This document shows, in pieces, positions 18,121-29,189 of a stretch of 64,000 nt of DNA. Position 1 is the first letter of the stretch. The number at the start of each line of letters is the position of its first letter. The position numbers and the translations under genes are program-made. The DNA is from an uncultured Alphaproteobacteria bacterium. GTDB taxonomy: Bacteria > Pseudomonadota > Alphaproteobacteria > Methylaequorales > Methylaequoraceae. Where the stretch lies: positions 56,580-120,579 of the forward strand of contig CACJRF010000003.1 of assembly GCA_902595755.1 (NCBI GenBank). Reading direction: 5' to 3'. Below the pieces are notes generated by a model. The model did not search any database. It had not been told where the DNA came from and saw nothing but the letters and a program-made list of their open reading frames with translations.

Positions 18121-21100
18121 GAATTTTTTAGAAAAAAGAAAACTAATTCTTACTTTTTTATTTTTCTTTATATTTTTTGGACTACAAAAATATGTAAGTC
18201 TACCAAAAGAGTCAGATCCTGACATAAGTATACCTATGATTTACATAGTACTTGCACACAAAGGTATATCACCCGATGACTCAGAAAGACTTCTAATTAA
18301 ACCTATGGAGAAAGAATTAAAAAATATTGAGGGTGTAAAAAAAATTTCTTCAAATTCATATAACGGAGGTGGCAATGTAATTCTTGAATTTGATGCAGGT
18401 TTTGATGCAGATAAGGCCTTGTCTGATACTAGAGTAAAAATTGATTTAACTAAAAATAAGCTTCCAGAGGATACCGAAGAACCAGTAGCCTCAGAAATAA
18501 ATTTATCAAGGTTTCCTGTACTAGCTATTGCGATTTCTGGAGATGTTGAGGAAAGAGTAATTAATAAATATGCTAAGATACTAAAAAATAAAATTGAAAG
18601 CATATCTGAAATTCTTGAAGTTCAGACGTTGGGTGATAGAGAGAGGGAAATAGAAATAATCGTAAACCCCAAGATTGTAAAAAATTATGGTCTTACAGAT
18701 AAGGATGTTCTAAATTCGATATCGAAGAGTAACATGATGATTCCTGCTGGTGCACTCACCAATCAAACAGGTAGTTTCAATGTTACTATTCCAAGTCTTA
18801 TTGAAAATAAATCTGACTTATTAAATTTACCAATCAAAAGTAATGATAATTCAGTAGTTTTTTTAAAAGATGTAGCAGATATAAGAGATTCTTTTAAAGA
18901 GCGTGAAGGGTTTGCTAGAAATAATGGCGAAAATGCAGTTATTCTTGAAGTATCTAAAAGGACTGGAGAGAATATTATTGAAACCATTTTTAAAATAAAG
19001 AAACTAATTAATGAAGAAAAAAAATTTCTTCCAGAATTTATTGATATAGACTTTTTCCAGGATGAATCTGATAAAATTAAAAGTCAAATAAATGATCTAG
19101 AAAATAATGTTATATTAGCAAGTTTAATAGTACTTCTAATAATCGTTGTTTTCATGGGTTGGAAATCAGGTTTGTTAGTAAGCATTTCTATACCAGCATC
19201 ATTTTTATGTTCAATGATAATACTTTCGTTTTTTAACGTAACAATTAATGTTGTTGTTCTATTTTCACTTATACTATCAGTTGGAATACTTATAGATGGA
19301 GCAATTATTGTTGTTGAGTATGCCAATCGAAGGGCAAATGAAGGTTTTACTAAAGATAAAGTATTTAAATTATCGGCACAAAAAATGTTTTTACCAGTGC
19401 TTGCCTCAACCTTAACAACTTTGGCTGCTTTTTTTCCACTTATTTTTTGGCCAGGTATTGCCGGAGAATTTATGTTTTTTCTACCTGTTACTCTTTTAGC
19501 AGTTTTAAGTTCATCATTAATTGTAGCATTAGTTTTCATACCAACCTTAGGTAGTATTTTTGGAACCGATAAAAGTTTATCTAATGAATCAAAAAAAAAT
19601 CTGAATTTGTTAGAATCAGGCAATCTTGGAAATGTGGGAGGTATGCAAGGTAAATACATTATTTTGATGAAATATTGTTTAGCAAATCCAAAAAAACTTA
19701 TTCTATTAACTTTAGTATTTCTAGTTTTTATTCAACTATTATACTCAAAGTTAGGAAAAGGGTTTGAATTTTTCCCTCCAATTGAGCCAGATTATGCAGA
19801 AATTGTTATTCATGCTAGAGGTAACCTATCACCAGTTGAAAAGGATCAAATAGTTAAAGATGTTGAAAATGAAATTCTAAAAAATATTTATATACGAAAT
19901 ATCTACTCAAGAAGTGGAACAGTAAAAGGTAACAAAAGGAGTGAGGCTGAAGATGTAGTAGGGTCGATCAAGATAGAATTTACTGATTGGAAGTATAGAC
20001 CTAACTCAAAAAATATAATCGATGATTTAAAGAAAGTTACCCAAAAATTTGTTGGTATTTATATTGAATTTATTGAGAAAAAAGATGGGCCACCAAAAGA
20101 TAAGGATATTGAAATTGAAATTATTAATTTCGATAAACAAAAATTAAAAACAGAGACTGAAATTTTTTATAACTTCCTAAACAACCAGGAATGGGCAAAG
20201 AATATTGACAGCGATTCAATCTCAACTGGTATAGAATGGGAATTATTAATCAATAGAGAAAAAGCTGATAAATATGGTGTGGATCTACTGTCTGTTGGAA
20301 ATTCAATTCAAATGTTAACACATGGACTAAAGGTTTCAGAATTTATGCCAGTTGATAGCGATGAGGAGGTGGATATAGTAGTCAAATATGATAAGAAATT
20401 TAGAACATTAGACGAATTAGATAATATTCTCACTGAAGGAGAGAACGGACCAGTATCAATGAATCTTTTTGTAGAAAGATTACCAAAAAAGAAGGTTAGC
20501 AAAATAACAAGATCAAATTCTATTAGATCTCAAAATATTAAATTTGATGTCAAGGATAATGTAGTTAGTAGTAATAAAATTTTAGAAATTAAAAAATGGC
20601 TAAATGAAGCAGGAATTGAGTCAACAGTAATTTTTCGTGGACAAGAAGAGGATCAAAACGAAGCTAAAGAGTTTCTTACAAAAGCTTTTTTTATTGCGAT
20701 TTTTTTAATAACTATAATTCTTATAGCAATTTTTAATAGTTATTATTATTGTCTTATAATTTTAACAGCAATTATTTTCTCAACTATTGGAGTAATAATT
20801 GGGCTTCTTGTATCTGAGCAACCATTTGGAATAATTATGAGTGGGATAGGGATAATTGCACTTGCAGGTATTGTAGTGAATAATAATATTGTACTTCTAG
20901 ATACATACAAGCAATTAAGAAAAACAGGAGAAGATGTCAAAGATTGTATAATAAGAACTGGGGTTCAAAGACTTAGACCTGTATTATTAACAACCCTAAC
21001 AACTTTCTTTGGACTTGTCCCAATGGCAATAGGTCTAAATATCGATTTTATTAATATGGAAATTAATTTTAATAGCCCTACCTCTCAATGGTGGACTCAG

Positions 21101-21211
21101 CTATCAAATGCAATGGTATTTGGAGTGATGTTTTCATTTATTCTAACTTTAATAATAACACCTTGTCTAATTTTTATTGGGGAAAAATCTAAGTTTTTAA
21201 AGACACTTTAG
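18113..21211 (+). CDS. RND family efflux transporter permease (AcrB/HAE1-like)
   Basis: The 1032 aa protein has a 12-TM architecture with two large periplasmic loops and conserved AcrB-type TM4/TM10 segments. Confidence 0.9.
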   Translation: MIENFLEKRKLILTFLFFFIFFGLQKYVSLPKESDPDISIPMIYIVLAHKGISPDDSERLLIKPMEKELKNIEGVKKISSNSYNGGGNVILEFDAGFDADKALSDTRVKIDLTKNKLPEDTEEPVASEINLSRFPVLAIAISGDVEERVINKYAKILKNKIESISEILEVQTLGDREREIEIIVNPKIVKNYGLTDKDVLNSISKSNMMIPAGALTNQTGSFNVTIPSLIENKSDLLNLPIKSNDNSVVFLKDVADIRDSFKEREGFARNNGENAVILEVSKRTGENIIETIFKIKKLINEEKKFLPEFIDIDFFQDESDKIKSQINDLENNVILASLIVLLIIVVFMGWKSGLLVSISIPASFLCSMIILSFFNVTINVVVLFSLILSVGILIDGAIIVVEYANRRANEGFTKDKVFKLSAQKMFLPVLASTLTTLAAFFPLIFWPGIAGEFMFFLPVTLLAVLSSSLIVALVFIPTLGSIFGTDKSLSNESKKNLNLLESGNLGNVGGMQGKYIILMKYCLANPKKLILLTLVFLVFIQLLYSKLGKGFEFFPPIEPDYAEIVIHARGNLSPVEKDQIVKDVENEILKNIYIRNIYSRSGTVKGNKRSEAEDVVGSIKIEFTDWKYRPNSKNIIDDLKKVTQKFVGIYIEFIEKKDGPPKDKDIEIEIINFDKQKLKTETEIFYNFLNNQEWAKNIDSDSISTGIEWELLINREKADKYGVDLLSVGNSIQMLTHGLKVSEFMPVDSDEEVDIVVKYDKKFRTLDELDNILTEGENGPVSMNLFVERLPKKKVSKITRSNSIRSQNIKFDVKDNVVSSNKILEIKKWLNEAGIESTVIFRGQEEDQNEAKEFLTKAFFIAIFLITIILIAIFNSYYYCLIILTAIIFSTIGVIIGLLVSEQPFGIIMSGIGIIALAGIVVNNNIVLLDTYKQLRKTGEDVKDCIIRTGVQRLRPVLLTTLTTFFGLVPMAIGLNIDFINMEINFNSPTSQWWTQLSNAMVFGVMFSFILTLIITPCLIFIGEKSKFLKTL

Positions 21212-21911
21212 ATTCATAAATTGCAAAAGGAATACTCAAATAATAAATTGAAATTAGGATAATCATAGCAAGCCAAATATCTGTGATTAATAAGTAAATA
21301 AAACTAGCGAAAAGAATAATTAAAAAAGGAATCAATTTTTTTTCAACTTTTATTCCCTTTAAAGAATATGTTGAGAAATTTGAAATCATAAGTACCGATG
21401 GTAAAAAAAGATAAGATTTAATAAAAATTTCATAGTTTAGAATATCAAAATCAAATCTAAAATTTAACATCATTGGAAGAAGCGAAAGGCCTGCTGCTGC
21501 AGGGGTTGATATTCCAGAAAAAAATCTCAAGTTAGCTTTGTTTTTATTGTCATGACTAAGAACATTAAATTTTGCTAATCTTGAAGAAGAACAAATTGCA
21601 TAAAAAATAACTATTGCCCAATTTGTCTCAAAAAAAAATGTTTTTGACCATAGATATATAACAATAGCCGGAGCAACACCAAAACTTATGAAATCTGCAA
21701 GTGAATCTAGTTCAACACCAAAATTAGAGTTTGCTTTAAGTAATCTAGCTAATTTTCCATCAAGATTATCAAGAAATGAAGAAAATACTATTAACATAAC
21801 CGCAATTTCCCATTTTTGATCAATTGCAAATTTTATAGATAAGAGACCAAATGTGAGTGATATAAACGTTATCAAATTGGGAACTAATCTTCTAATAGAT
21901 AACTTTCTCAT
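21189..21911 (-). CDS. pssA: CDP-diacylglycerol--serine O-phosphatidyltransferase
   Basis: The CDP-alcohol phosphatidyltransferase motif DNLDGKLARLL...GVELDSLAD is present. The gene is adjacent to psd. Confidence 0.75.
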   Translation of the reverse strand: MRKLSIRRLVPNLITFISLTFGLLSIKFAIDQKWEIAVMLIVFSSFLDNLDGKLARLLKANSNFGVELDSLADFISFGVAPAIVIYLWSKTFFFETNWAIVIFYAICSSSRLAKFNVLSHDNKNKANLRFFSGISTPAAAGLSLLPMMLNFRFDFDILNYEIFIKSYLFLPSVLMISNFSTYSLKGIKVEKKLIPFLIILFASFIYLLITDIWLAMIILISIYYLSIPFAIYESKVSLKT

Positions 21912-21920
21912 AGCTAAAAT

Positions 21921-22655
21921 TTACTTTTTAGAATTAAGGATATTATTCATCTGGGCAATAATTGTTTCTCCACCAATTACTGTTTGTCCCTCCATTACTT
22001 TTATAGGAGAATTAAGAGGTAAATATAAATCAACTCGACTACCAAATCTTATAATTCCAAAACGTTCTCCAACATTAACATTCTGATTTTCATTCAAATC
22101 ACATTTGATTCTTCTGGCAATCAAACCCGCAATTTGAACAACGTAAATAAAATTATTTTTACTAACTTCAATCTTAATTATCATTCTTTCATTATTCTCA
22201 CTTGCTTTATCTAAAGATGCATTAAAGAAAGTTCCAGGTACATATTTAAGCCAGACAATTTTTCCAGACACCGGAATTCTATTAACATGAACATTAAATA
22301 CGTTCATAAAAATAGAAACTTTTATAAATTTTTGCTTTTTATTATCACTTAGAATATCTGGTGCATCAGTTTCTAAAATCTTTAGTATTTTTCCATCTGC
22401 AGGGGATATAAAAGAATTTTTATCTACTGGCGTTATTCTTTGTGGGTCTCTAAAGAAGTACACACACCAAATTGAAAGAATAAAACCAACCCAACCTAGA
22501 AAGTCAGAGAATGAAAACAATAAAAGTGTTACAAAAATAAAGATTCCTATAAATGGATAACCAGCTTTATTTACTGTAAAAGATATTTTATTAAATAAAT
22601 CTGCTTCTTTAAAAAAATCCCCAAGTTTGTCAAAAAAATCTTTTTTCTGAGTCAT
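21921..22655 (-). CDS. psd: Phosphatidylserine decarboxylase proenzyme
   Basis: The LSPADG motif and the C-terminal FGSRVD-like self-cleavage region (RFGSRVDLYLP) are present. Length is 244 aa. Confidence 0.85.
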   Translation of the reverse strand: MTQKKDFFDKLGDFFKEADLFNKISFTVNKAGYPFIGIFIFVTLLLFSFSDFLGWVGFILSIWCVYFFRDPQRITPVDKNSFISPADGKILKILETDAPDILSDNKKQKFIKVSIFMNVFNVHVNRIPVSGKIVWLKYVPGTFFNASLDKASENNERMIIKIEVSKNNFIYVVQIAGLIARRIKCDLNENQNVNVGERFGIIRFGSRVDLYLPLNSPIKVMEGQTVIGGETIIAQMNNILNSKK

Positions 22656-22658
22656 TTT

Positions 22659-23642
22659 TTAAAATTTATCATTAATGGAATTTATATTTTTTTCAGATTT
22701 AGATAATTGCGAAATTAAAAAAGAATTTGGGTTTGAATTAAAAATCTCAGAATAAAGGTTTGAGTTTCTTATGAAAATTTCAGAATATAAATAAGTCTCA
22801 TCAGAAATTTTTCTAGTTAACTTCCAGGAGTCATTTTCTTTAATAATTTTTGTCGACGAAGTCTTAGGGTTTTTTTGCTCTAATTGACTCAAACTAAGTG
22901 ATAAATTTAATTGAAATTTATTACCAGTGATAGTTGTCAAAAATTTAAGTTTTGAACTTTTAATGTTTACAATCTCCTTAGACGAAAATTTCCAATTACC
23001 ATAAAAATCAGTTAAAACATTACCTAATAAAACATCATTAGCAAATACCCTCACATCTGTGCCTACTGGTGCTCTTCCTGATACAGTAATTTTTTTTTTT
23101 GGGTAATAATTCAATATATCTAATGTTAGGCCATTGTCTATGTAATCTGTGTTGTAAATATCTATATTATCAAAATTACTTGAATCTAGCTTTAAAACTA
23201 TTGGTTTTTTTGAAGACATATTATCGCCTAAAACATATATCTCTTGACTAGACTCAAGCTCTTTACCTGCTTCAAAACACTTAACAGTAAATACTTTCAA
23301 GCCTTGAGTAAGAGGGCTCTCGCTTATCCATACCCACTCTCCATTAGCGTCAGAAAAAAAATCAGCTATTTTTTTGTTGTTTTCAAATAAAAATATTTCC
23401 AAATTTGGTTCAGATTTCCCAGCCATAACCGCATCTCCATCTTGACTTATTCTTATGATATCAAATGTTACAGGTATTCCTAGGTTTTCAGATTTCTTTA
23501 TTTCATTAATACTTTGATTAATAGTTTTTCTCTCGTTCACCTGTTCTTCAATAGATGCGTTTTGCTTTATGTATGGTATGGTATTTAAGAGCAAAAAAGA
23601 GACTCCTAATAAAAACATTATTGATAGTAATTCTTTTTTCAT
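22659..23642 (-). CDS. Secreted/periplasmic hypothetical protein with two Ig-like repeats
   Basis: A signal peptide is followed by two related ~50 aa beta-rich segments ending in DANGEWVW / DFYGNWKF. An internal LYSEIF tandem repeat lies near the C-terminus. There is a T11 run at 23090-23100. Confidence 0.4.
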   Translation of the reverse strand: MKKELLSIMFLLGVSFLLLNTIPYIKQNASIEEQVNERKTINQSINEIKKSENLGIPVTFDIIRISQDGDAVMAGKSEPNLEIFLFENNKKIADFFSDANGEWVWISESPLTQGLKVFTVKCFEAGKELESSQEIYVLGDNMSSKKPIVLKLDSSNFDNIDIYNTDYIDNGLTLDILNYYPKKKITVSGRAPVGTDVRVFANDVLLGNVLTDFYGNWKFSSKEIVNIKSSKLKFLTTITGNKFQLNLSLSLSQLEQKNPKTSSTKIIKENDSWKLTRKISDETYLYSEIFIRNSNLYSEIFNSNPNSFLISQLSKSEKNINSINDKF

Positions 23643-23704
23643 TTTGTTAATCTATTTATATAATATATCTAAAATATCTTTTTCCAATTATTTTTATAAA
23701 ATTA

Positions 23705-24259
23705 ATGAAGTTAAATATAGGTTTTTTTTTAGGGTCAAAGTTTGGTAAGGGAACGAATTTTTCTTATCTTACAAAAAAAGTAGCAAAATGGGTAAATAAA
23801 AATAGTCATAATATAATTTTCGGTGGAACAGAAACAGGTATTATGAAAGATTTAGTAGTTAATTTAGATAAAAATGAATCAACAATAACTGCTATAATTA
23901 CTAAAGGGTTAATAAAGGATCATAATGAATTAAATTATTTCGATGAACTTATAATAGTTGAAGATTTAAGAAAAAGAACAGAACAATTTCTACTAAGATC
24001 CGATGTTTTTTTAGCATTACCTGGAGGAATTGGAACACTATTTGAAATCATAGAAATTTTCAATAAAAGGGTGTTGGGTGAAACATCAAAGAAAATACTG
24101 TTGATAAATGATTTTGATTATTGGGGTCCTTTAAAAAATCTTTTAGAACACATGATAAAAGAAGAATTTTTAGAAGAAAAAATAATGCTTAAAAATATTG
24201 AATTTATAAATTTTTGTGAAATTGATGAAAGGCTAAAAGATGTCAAAAATTCTAGTTAA
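23705..24259 (+). CDS. LOG family protein (TIGR00730 Rossmann-fold nucleotide-binding)
   Basis: The LOG signature GGTETGIM...ALPGGIGTLFE is present. Confidence 0.75.
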   Translation: MKLNIGFFLGSKFGKGTNFSYLTKKVAKWVNKNSHNIIFGGTETGIMKDLVVNLDKNESTITAIITKGLIKDHNELNYFDELIIVEDLRKRTEQFLLRSDVFLALPGGIGTLFEIIEIFNKRVLGETSKKILLINDFDYWGPLKNLLEHMIKEEFLEEKIMLKNIEFINFCEIDERLKDVKNSS

Positions 24260-25445
24260 AAATCCAGTTGTTGAAATAAATGGTGATGAAATGGCCAGAG
24301 TAATGTGGGGGAAAATTAAAAAGCAACTTATTCTTCCCTTCTTAGATATAAAATTACTTGAGTATGATTTAGGAATTGAAAATAGAGATAAAACAAACGA
24401 CAAAGTTACTATTGAAGCTGGTAAGGCTATTAAAAAAAATAAGGTTGGTGTTAAATGTGCAACTATTACTCCAGATGATAAAAGAGTAAAAGAATTTAAC
24501 CTAAAAAAAAAATATCCATCACCTAATGGTACAATACGAAATATTCTAAATGGAACTATTTTTCGTGAGCCTATCATAATAGATAAAATACCAAAATTCA
24601 TCAAACATTGGAGTGAATCTGTAGTTATAGCCAGGCACGCCTCTGGAGATATTTATAAGTCACAAGAAATTAAGATTAAAACTAAAGGTAAGCTTTACCT
24701 TAAATTTGAAAGTGAAGATAAAAAAACACTTATTGAAAAAGAGGTTTGTAACTTTGATTCTGATGGTGTTGGTTTATCTTATTTTAACAATAATAAATCA
24801 ATAGAAGATTTTGCTCATTCATGTTTTAACTTTGGGTTAGGTAGAAAAATACCTGTTTATTTATCAACTAAAAATACAATTTTACAATCTTATGATGAGA
24901 GCTTTAAAGAAATATTTGAGAACGTGTATAATGACCATTATAAAATAAAATATGAAAATCTAGGAATTTTTTATCAACACAGACTTATTGACGATATGAT
25001 CGCTTGTTTAATAAAATGGACAGGGGGGTTTATATGGGCTTGTAAAAATTATGATGGAGACGTAATGTCTGATTTAGTAGCACAAGGTTTTGGATCATTA
25101 GGTTTAATGACATCTGTGTTACAAAGCCCTGATGGACAAATTATCGAGACTGAAGCCGCACACGGAACTGTAACTTCTCATTTTAGGCAACATCAAAATG
25201 GACTAGAAACATCAACTAATCCAATTGCATCAATATTTGCTTGGACTAGAGCACTTCTGCATAGAGGAAAAATTGACAATAATAAGGATTTAGAAAATTT
25301 TTCTCACAAAATTGAATCGATTTGTAAAAATTTACTAAATAAAGGAATAATGACCAAGGATTTAGCCTTAATGGTTGGACCAGATCAAAAATGGTTAACA
25401 ACTCAGGAACTAATCAACTCAATTAGCAATGAATTAAACAATTGA
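24240..25445 (+). CDS. icd: Isocitrate dehydrogenase (NADP), dimeric eukaryotic-like type
   Basis: The 401 aa protein starts MSKILVKNPVVEINGDEMARVMW, as in IDH1/2-type enzymes. Confidence 0.9.
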   Translation: MSKILVKNPVVEINGDEMARVMWGKIKKQLILPFLDIKLLEYDLGIENRDKTNDKVTIEAGKAIKKNKVGVKCATITPDDKRVKEFNLKKKYPSPNGTIRNILNGTIFREPIIIDKIPKFIKHWSESVVIARHASGDIYKSQEIKIKTKGKLYLKFESEDKKTLIEKEVCNFDSDGVGLSYFNNNKSIEDFAHSCFNFGLGRKIPVYLSTKNTILQSYDESFKEIFENVYNDHYKIKYENLGIFYQHRLIDDMIACLIKWTGGFIWACKNYDGDVMSDLVAQGFGSLGLMTSVLQSPDGQIIETEAAHGTVTSHFRQHQNGLETSTNPIASIFAWTRALLHRGKIDNNKDLENFSHKIESICKNLLNKGIMTKDLALMVGPDQKWLTTQELINSISNELNN

Positions 25446-28073
25446 TTTACTAATTATTTCTTTTAGAGAATCTTTCAATTGATAAAATTTCTTACTAAGA
25501 GGTGCTCCACCTTGGGCAAGGTCTTTTCTCCCTCCCCCTCCTTTTCCATCAAGAAAGTTTACAATTCTTTTAACTATTTTATTTGAGTCATATTTTTCAA
25601 TTAAATCATTTGTAATACTAGTAACAACTGAAACTTTATTATCTAATACACAAGTTAAAACTACTATCCCAGAATTTAATTTCAATTTAACACTATCAGA
25701 ATTATTTTTTAAATCTTTAGGTCCTGAATCTAAATTTTGGTAATAAATTTTTGTATCACCAAAATCAATATTGTTTTTATCAGAAAAAAAATCCTTATTA
25801 TCTACGTGTTTTTTTTTAAGACTAGTATGCTCTGCTATTAAAGTTTTCAGCTTTTCTATAATATTTTTATCATTAGCTTTTAAAAGTACTTTTATATCAT
25901 TTAATAAATGAATCTTATCATCTACAAATTTTTCTGCTTGGTTTCCAGTTATCGCCTCAATTCTTCTAACTCCTGAAGAAATAGAGGTCTCATTAATTAT
26001 CTTAAAAAAGCCAATTTCTCCAGTAGACTTTACATGAGTTCCGCCACATAACTCAACTGAGCCAAAAGAATTCATTTGATTATCATTTTTTATTGAAAGA
26101 ACCCTAACATTTTCAGGATATTTTTCTCCAAATAAAGCTATAGCACCACCTTGGATTGCATCTTTTAATGACATATATTTAATTTCTGACACAATATTTG
26201 ATCTTATTGAAGAATTAACTATAAACTCAATTTCTCTTATTTTACCCTCAGACAAAGGTTCGTTAGACGTATAATCGAAACGTAGTTTGTGGTCATTAAC
26301 TAAAGATCCTTTTTGAGAGACATGATTGCCAACAATTTCTCTTAATGCTTGATGAAGTAGATGGGTAGCTGAATGATTATTCCTAATTTTTTCTCTTCTT
26401 GCTACATCAATTAGTAATTTATAATTTTTTTCAGAATGTAAATTCGAGTGAAGCCTTCCAATATAGTGAACATAAATTTTGTTAAATATTTTAGTATCAG
26501 AAATCTCTGCTAATAATTGATCCGTTTCGTCATAAATGAATCCACAATCTCCAACTTGTCCTCCTGATTCTGCATAAAAGGGGGTTTTTTCAAATACTAA
26601 ACTTATATTAGTATCTTTATTATTTGTTTTGTTCTTAAATTTTTCATCGATAATTATTTTATTCAATTTTGATTTACATTCATAATAATCATATCCACAG
26701 AATTCAGTAGGACTACAGATTTCTTGGAGTTCACTAAAAAATTTATTTGTCTTGTGTATCATTTCATTCGAGACAAAATTCTTTTGCTGATTTTTACTTT
26801 CTTCTACAATTTTTTCGTATCTTTTACTATCAAGATGAATTTTCTTTTCCAATAAAATAGCTTTTGTCATATCAAAAGGAAATCCATAGGTATCATATAA
26901 TTTAAAAGCTATTTTAGGTGAAAACTCGTTACCTTGAATAGCATTAATTTCTTTATTGAGAAGTTGAAGTCCATTTGATAAAGTTTCTGAAAATTTTATT
27001 TCTTCATTTTTGAGATTCTTTTCAATAAAACTTAACGCTTCAGGTAAATTAAAATAAACTTTAGAATATTCATTTATTACACTTTTTAGTAATTTACTTA
27101 AAATAATCTCATTATCATTTAATTTATGACAATGTAAAGATGCCCTTCTAATGATTCTTCTTAAAACATAGCCCCTACCCTCGTTCGAAGGAAGAATACC
27201 TTCTGACATTAAAAATGTAATTGACTTTATGTGGTCTGAGATAATTCTGAAAGATGATATATTTTTTCTATCTACATTTTTTTTTGTTAACTTTTTTATT
27301 TCTTCTATAATATTTAAATATAAGTCTGTCTCATAATTATTAACCTTATTATTTAGAACGGCAGTCAAACGCTCTAAACCCATTCCAGTATCAACAAATT
27401 TTCCTGGAAGTTTTTTTAAATCAGATTTAGTTTTCTCAAATTCCATGAATACCAAATTCCAAATTTCAATATATCTCTCACCATCCTGTTTTTTTGTTCC
27501 AGGAAGACCACCAGATAAACCAGAACCATTATCAAAAAATATCTCACTGCATGGTCCACAAGGGCCTAAGTCACCCATTGACCAGAAATTATCTTCCGTA
27601 GATATTTTCAAGATTTGTGAGTCTGAAAATCCAGTCATTTTTTTCCATAAATTAAAAGATTCACTATCTTCTTTGAATACTGTAATAATAATTTTAGACT
27701 TATCTAAATTAAATTCTTTTGTTAGTAGATGCCACGCATGAAATATTGCCTCTTCTTTAAAATACCCCCCAAATGAAAAGTTACCCAACATCTCAAAAAA
27801 AGTGTGATGTCTTGGTGTGAACCCAACATTATCTAAATCATTATGCTTACCACCTGCTCTTAAACACTTTTGAACAGTTGCCACATTCTTATATTTCGGC
27901 TTAACCTCACCCGTAAACCATTTTTTAAACTGAACCATACCTGCATTAGTGAATAATAGTGTGTTATCATTTTCTGGAGCAATAGATGAGGAGTCTAAGA
28001 TTTTATGAGAATTATTATGAAAATAATTTATGAATGTATCTCTGATTTTACTAGATTTAGAGTAGTTTGACAT
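25434..28073 (-). CDS. alaS: Alanine--tRNA ligase
   Basis: The 879 aa protein has a class II catalytic core, the editing-domain HxxxH...CGGTH motif (HSATHLLH / CGGTHV) and a C-terminal DHHA1 domain. Confidence 0.95.
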   Translation of the reverse strand: MSNYSKSSKIRDTFINYFHNNSHKILDSSSIAPENDNTLLFTNAGMVQFKKWFTGEVKPKYKNVATVQKCLRAGGKHNDLDNVGFTPRHHTFFEMLGNFSFGGYFKEEAIFHAWHLLTKEFNLDKSKIIITVFKEDSESFNLWKKMTGFSDSQILKISTEDNFWSMGDLGPCGPCSEIFFDNGSGLSGGLPGTKKQDGERYIEIWNLVFMEFEKTKSDLKKLPGKFVDTGMGLERLTAVLNNKVNNYETDLYLNIIEEIKKLTKKNVDRKNISSFRIISDHIKSITFLMSEGILPSNEGRGYVLRRIIRRASLHCHKLNDNEIILSKLLKSVINEYSKVYFNLPEALSFIEKNLKNEEIKFSETLSNGLQLLNKEINAIQGNEFSPKIAFKLYDTYGFPFDMTKAILLEKKIHLDSKRYEKIVEESKNQQKNFVSNEMIHKTNKFFSELQEICSPTEFCGYDYYECKSKLNKIIIDEKFKNKTNNKDTNISLVFEKTPFYAESGGQVGDCGFIYDETDQLLAEISDTKIFNKIYVHYIGRLHSNLHSEKNYKLLIDVARREKIRNNHSATHLLHQALREIVGNHVSQKGSLVNDHKLRFDYTSNEPLSEGKIREIEFIVNSSIRSNIVSEIKYMSLKDAIQGGAIALFGEKYPENVRVLSIKNDNQMNSFGSVELCGGTHVKSTGEIGFFKIINETSISSGVRRIEAITGNQAEKFVDDKIHLLNDIKVLLKANDKNIIEKLKTLIAEHTSLKKKHVDNKDFFSDKNNIDFGDTKIYYQNLDSGPKDLKNNSDSVKLKLNSGIVVLTCVLDNKVSVVTSITNDLIEKYDSNKIVKRIVNFLDGKGGGGRKDLAQGGAPLSKKFYQLKDSLKEIISKSIV

Positions 28074-28099
28074 AATGAATATTTTTATTTTTATTCATT
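28074..28099 (-). other. AT-rich inverted repeat (8-bp stem AATGAATA / TATTCATT, 10-nt loop) abutting the alaS start codon
   Basis: The stem was read directly at 28074-28081 and 28092-28099. It is weak (2 GC pairs) and its function is unknown. Confidence 0.2.
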
Positions 28100-28118
28100 A
28101 TAATTAAAAAAATAACAA

Positions 28119-29186
28119 TCAATCAACATTGATTTCTTTATTTCCTTTTTGATTATCAGTAATGTCGTTTAAATCACTTCCATTATCCTCTTGAACTTCT
28201 TCATCTTTTTCATCTTTTTCAGATCTAATCTTACTTTCAATCTCTGATGCTGTTTCAGGGTTTTCTTTTAAATAAATTTTTGCATTTTCTCTACCCTGTC
28301 CAATTCTTTCTCCATCATATGAATACCAAGCACCTGATTTTTCAACTATTCCAATCTTTACAGCTAAATCTAAAATCTCTCCAGTTTTAGATATACCTTC
28401 ATCATACATTATATCAAACTCTACAATTTTAAATGGAGGTGCAAGTTTATTTTTTACAACCTTGACTCGTGTTTGATTACCGACAATTTCGTCCTTATCT
28501 TTGATAGGTCCAATTCTTCTAATATCCATTCTTATTGATGAATAAAATTTAAGTGCGTTACCTCCAGTTGTTGTTTCTGGGTTTCCAAACATTACACCAA
28601 TTTTTTGTCTAATTTGATTAATGAAGATCACTAATGCCTTTGACCTTGAGATAGATCCCGTAAGCTTTCTCAAAGCCTGACTCATAAGTCTCGCATGAAG
28701 TCCCATGTGTGAGTCTCCCATATCCCCTTCAATCTCAGCTCTTGGCACTAGAGCTGCAACTGAATCTACAACTAAAACATCAATTGCATTAGAGTTTACC
28801 AATGTGTCTGCAATCTCAAGTGCTTGCTCGCCGTTATCTGGTTGGGAAATTAACATTTCATCTGTATTAACACCTAATTTTTTAGCGTATATTGGATCTA
28901 GAGCATGCTCTGCATCTATAAATGCACAGGTTCCACCACTTTTTTGGGCCTCAGCAACAACGTGGAGTGATAATGTTGTTTTACCTGAACTTTCAGGACC
29001 GTAAATCTCAACAATTCTTCCTTTTGGCAATCCACCAATTCCAAGAGCTATATCTAAACTAAGTGAACCAGATGGGATCGTATCTATTTGGACGACCCCT
29101 CTTTCTCCAAGTTTCATGACCGATCCTTTACCGAAATTTCTTTCGATTTGGCTGATTGTCGACTCTAATGTTTTTAATTTATCCAT
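28119..29186 (-). CDS. recA: Recombinase RecA
   Basis: The Walker [10 protein letters not shown], the L1/L2 loops and a 355 aa length with an acidic C-terminal tail identify it. Confidence 0.97.
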   Translation of the reverse strand: MDKLKTLESTISQIERNFGKGSVMKLGERGVVQIDTIPSGSLSLDIALGIGGLPKGRIVEIYGPESSGKTTLSLHVVAEAQKSGGTCAFIDAEHALDPIYAKKLGVNTDEMLISQPDNGEQALEIADTLVNSNAIDVLVVDSVAALVPRAEIEGDMGDSHMGLHARLMSQALRKLTGSISRSKALVIFINQIRQKIGVMFGNPETTTGGNALKFYSSIRMDIRRIGPIKDKDEIVGNQTRVKVVKNKLAPPFKIVEFDIMYDEGISKTGEILDLAVKIGIVEKSGAWYSYDGERIGQGRENAKIYLKENPETASEIESKIRSEKDEKDEEVQEDNGSDLNDITDNQKGNKEINVD

Positions 29187-29189
29187 TTT

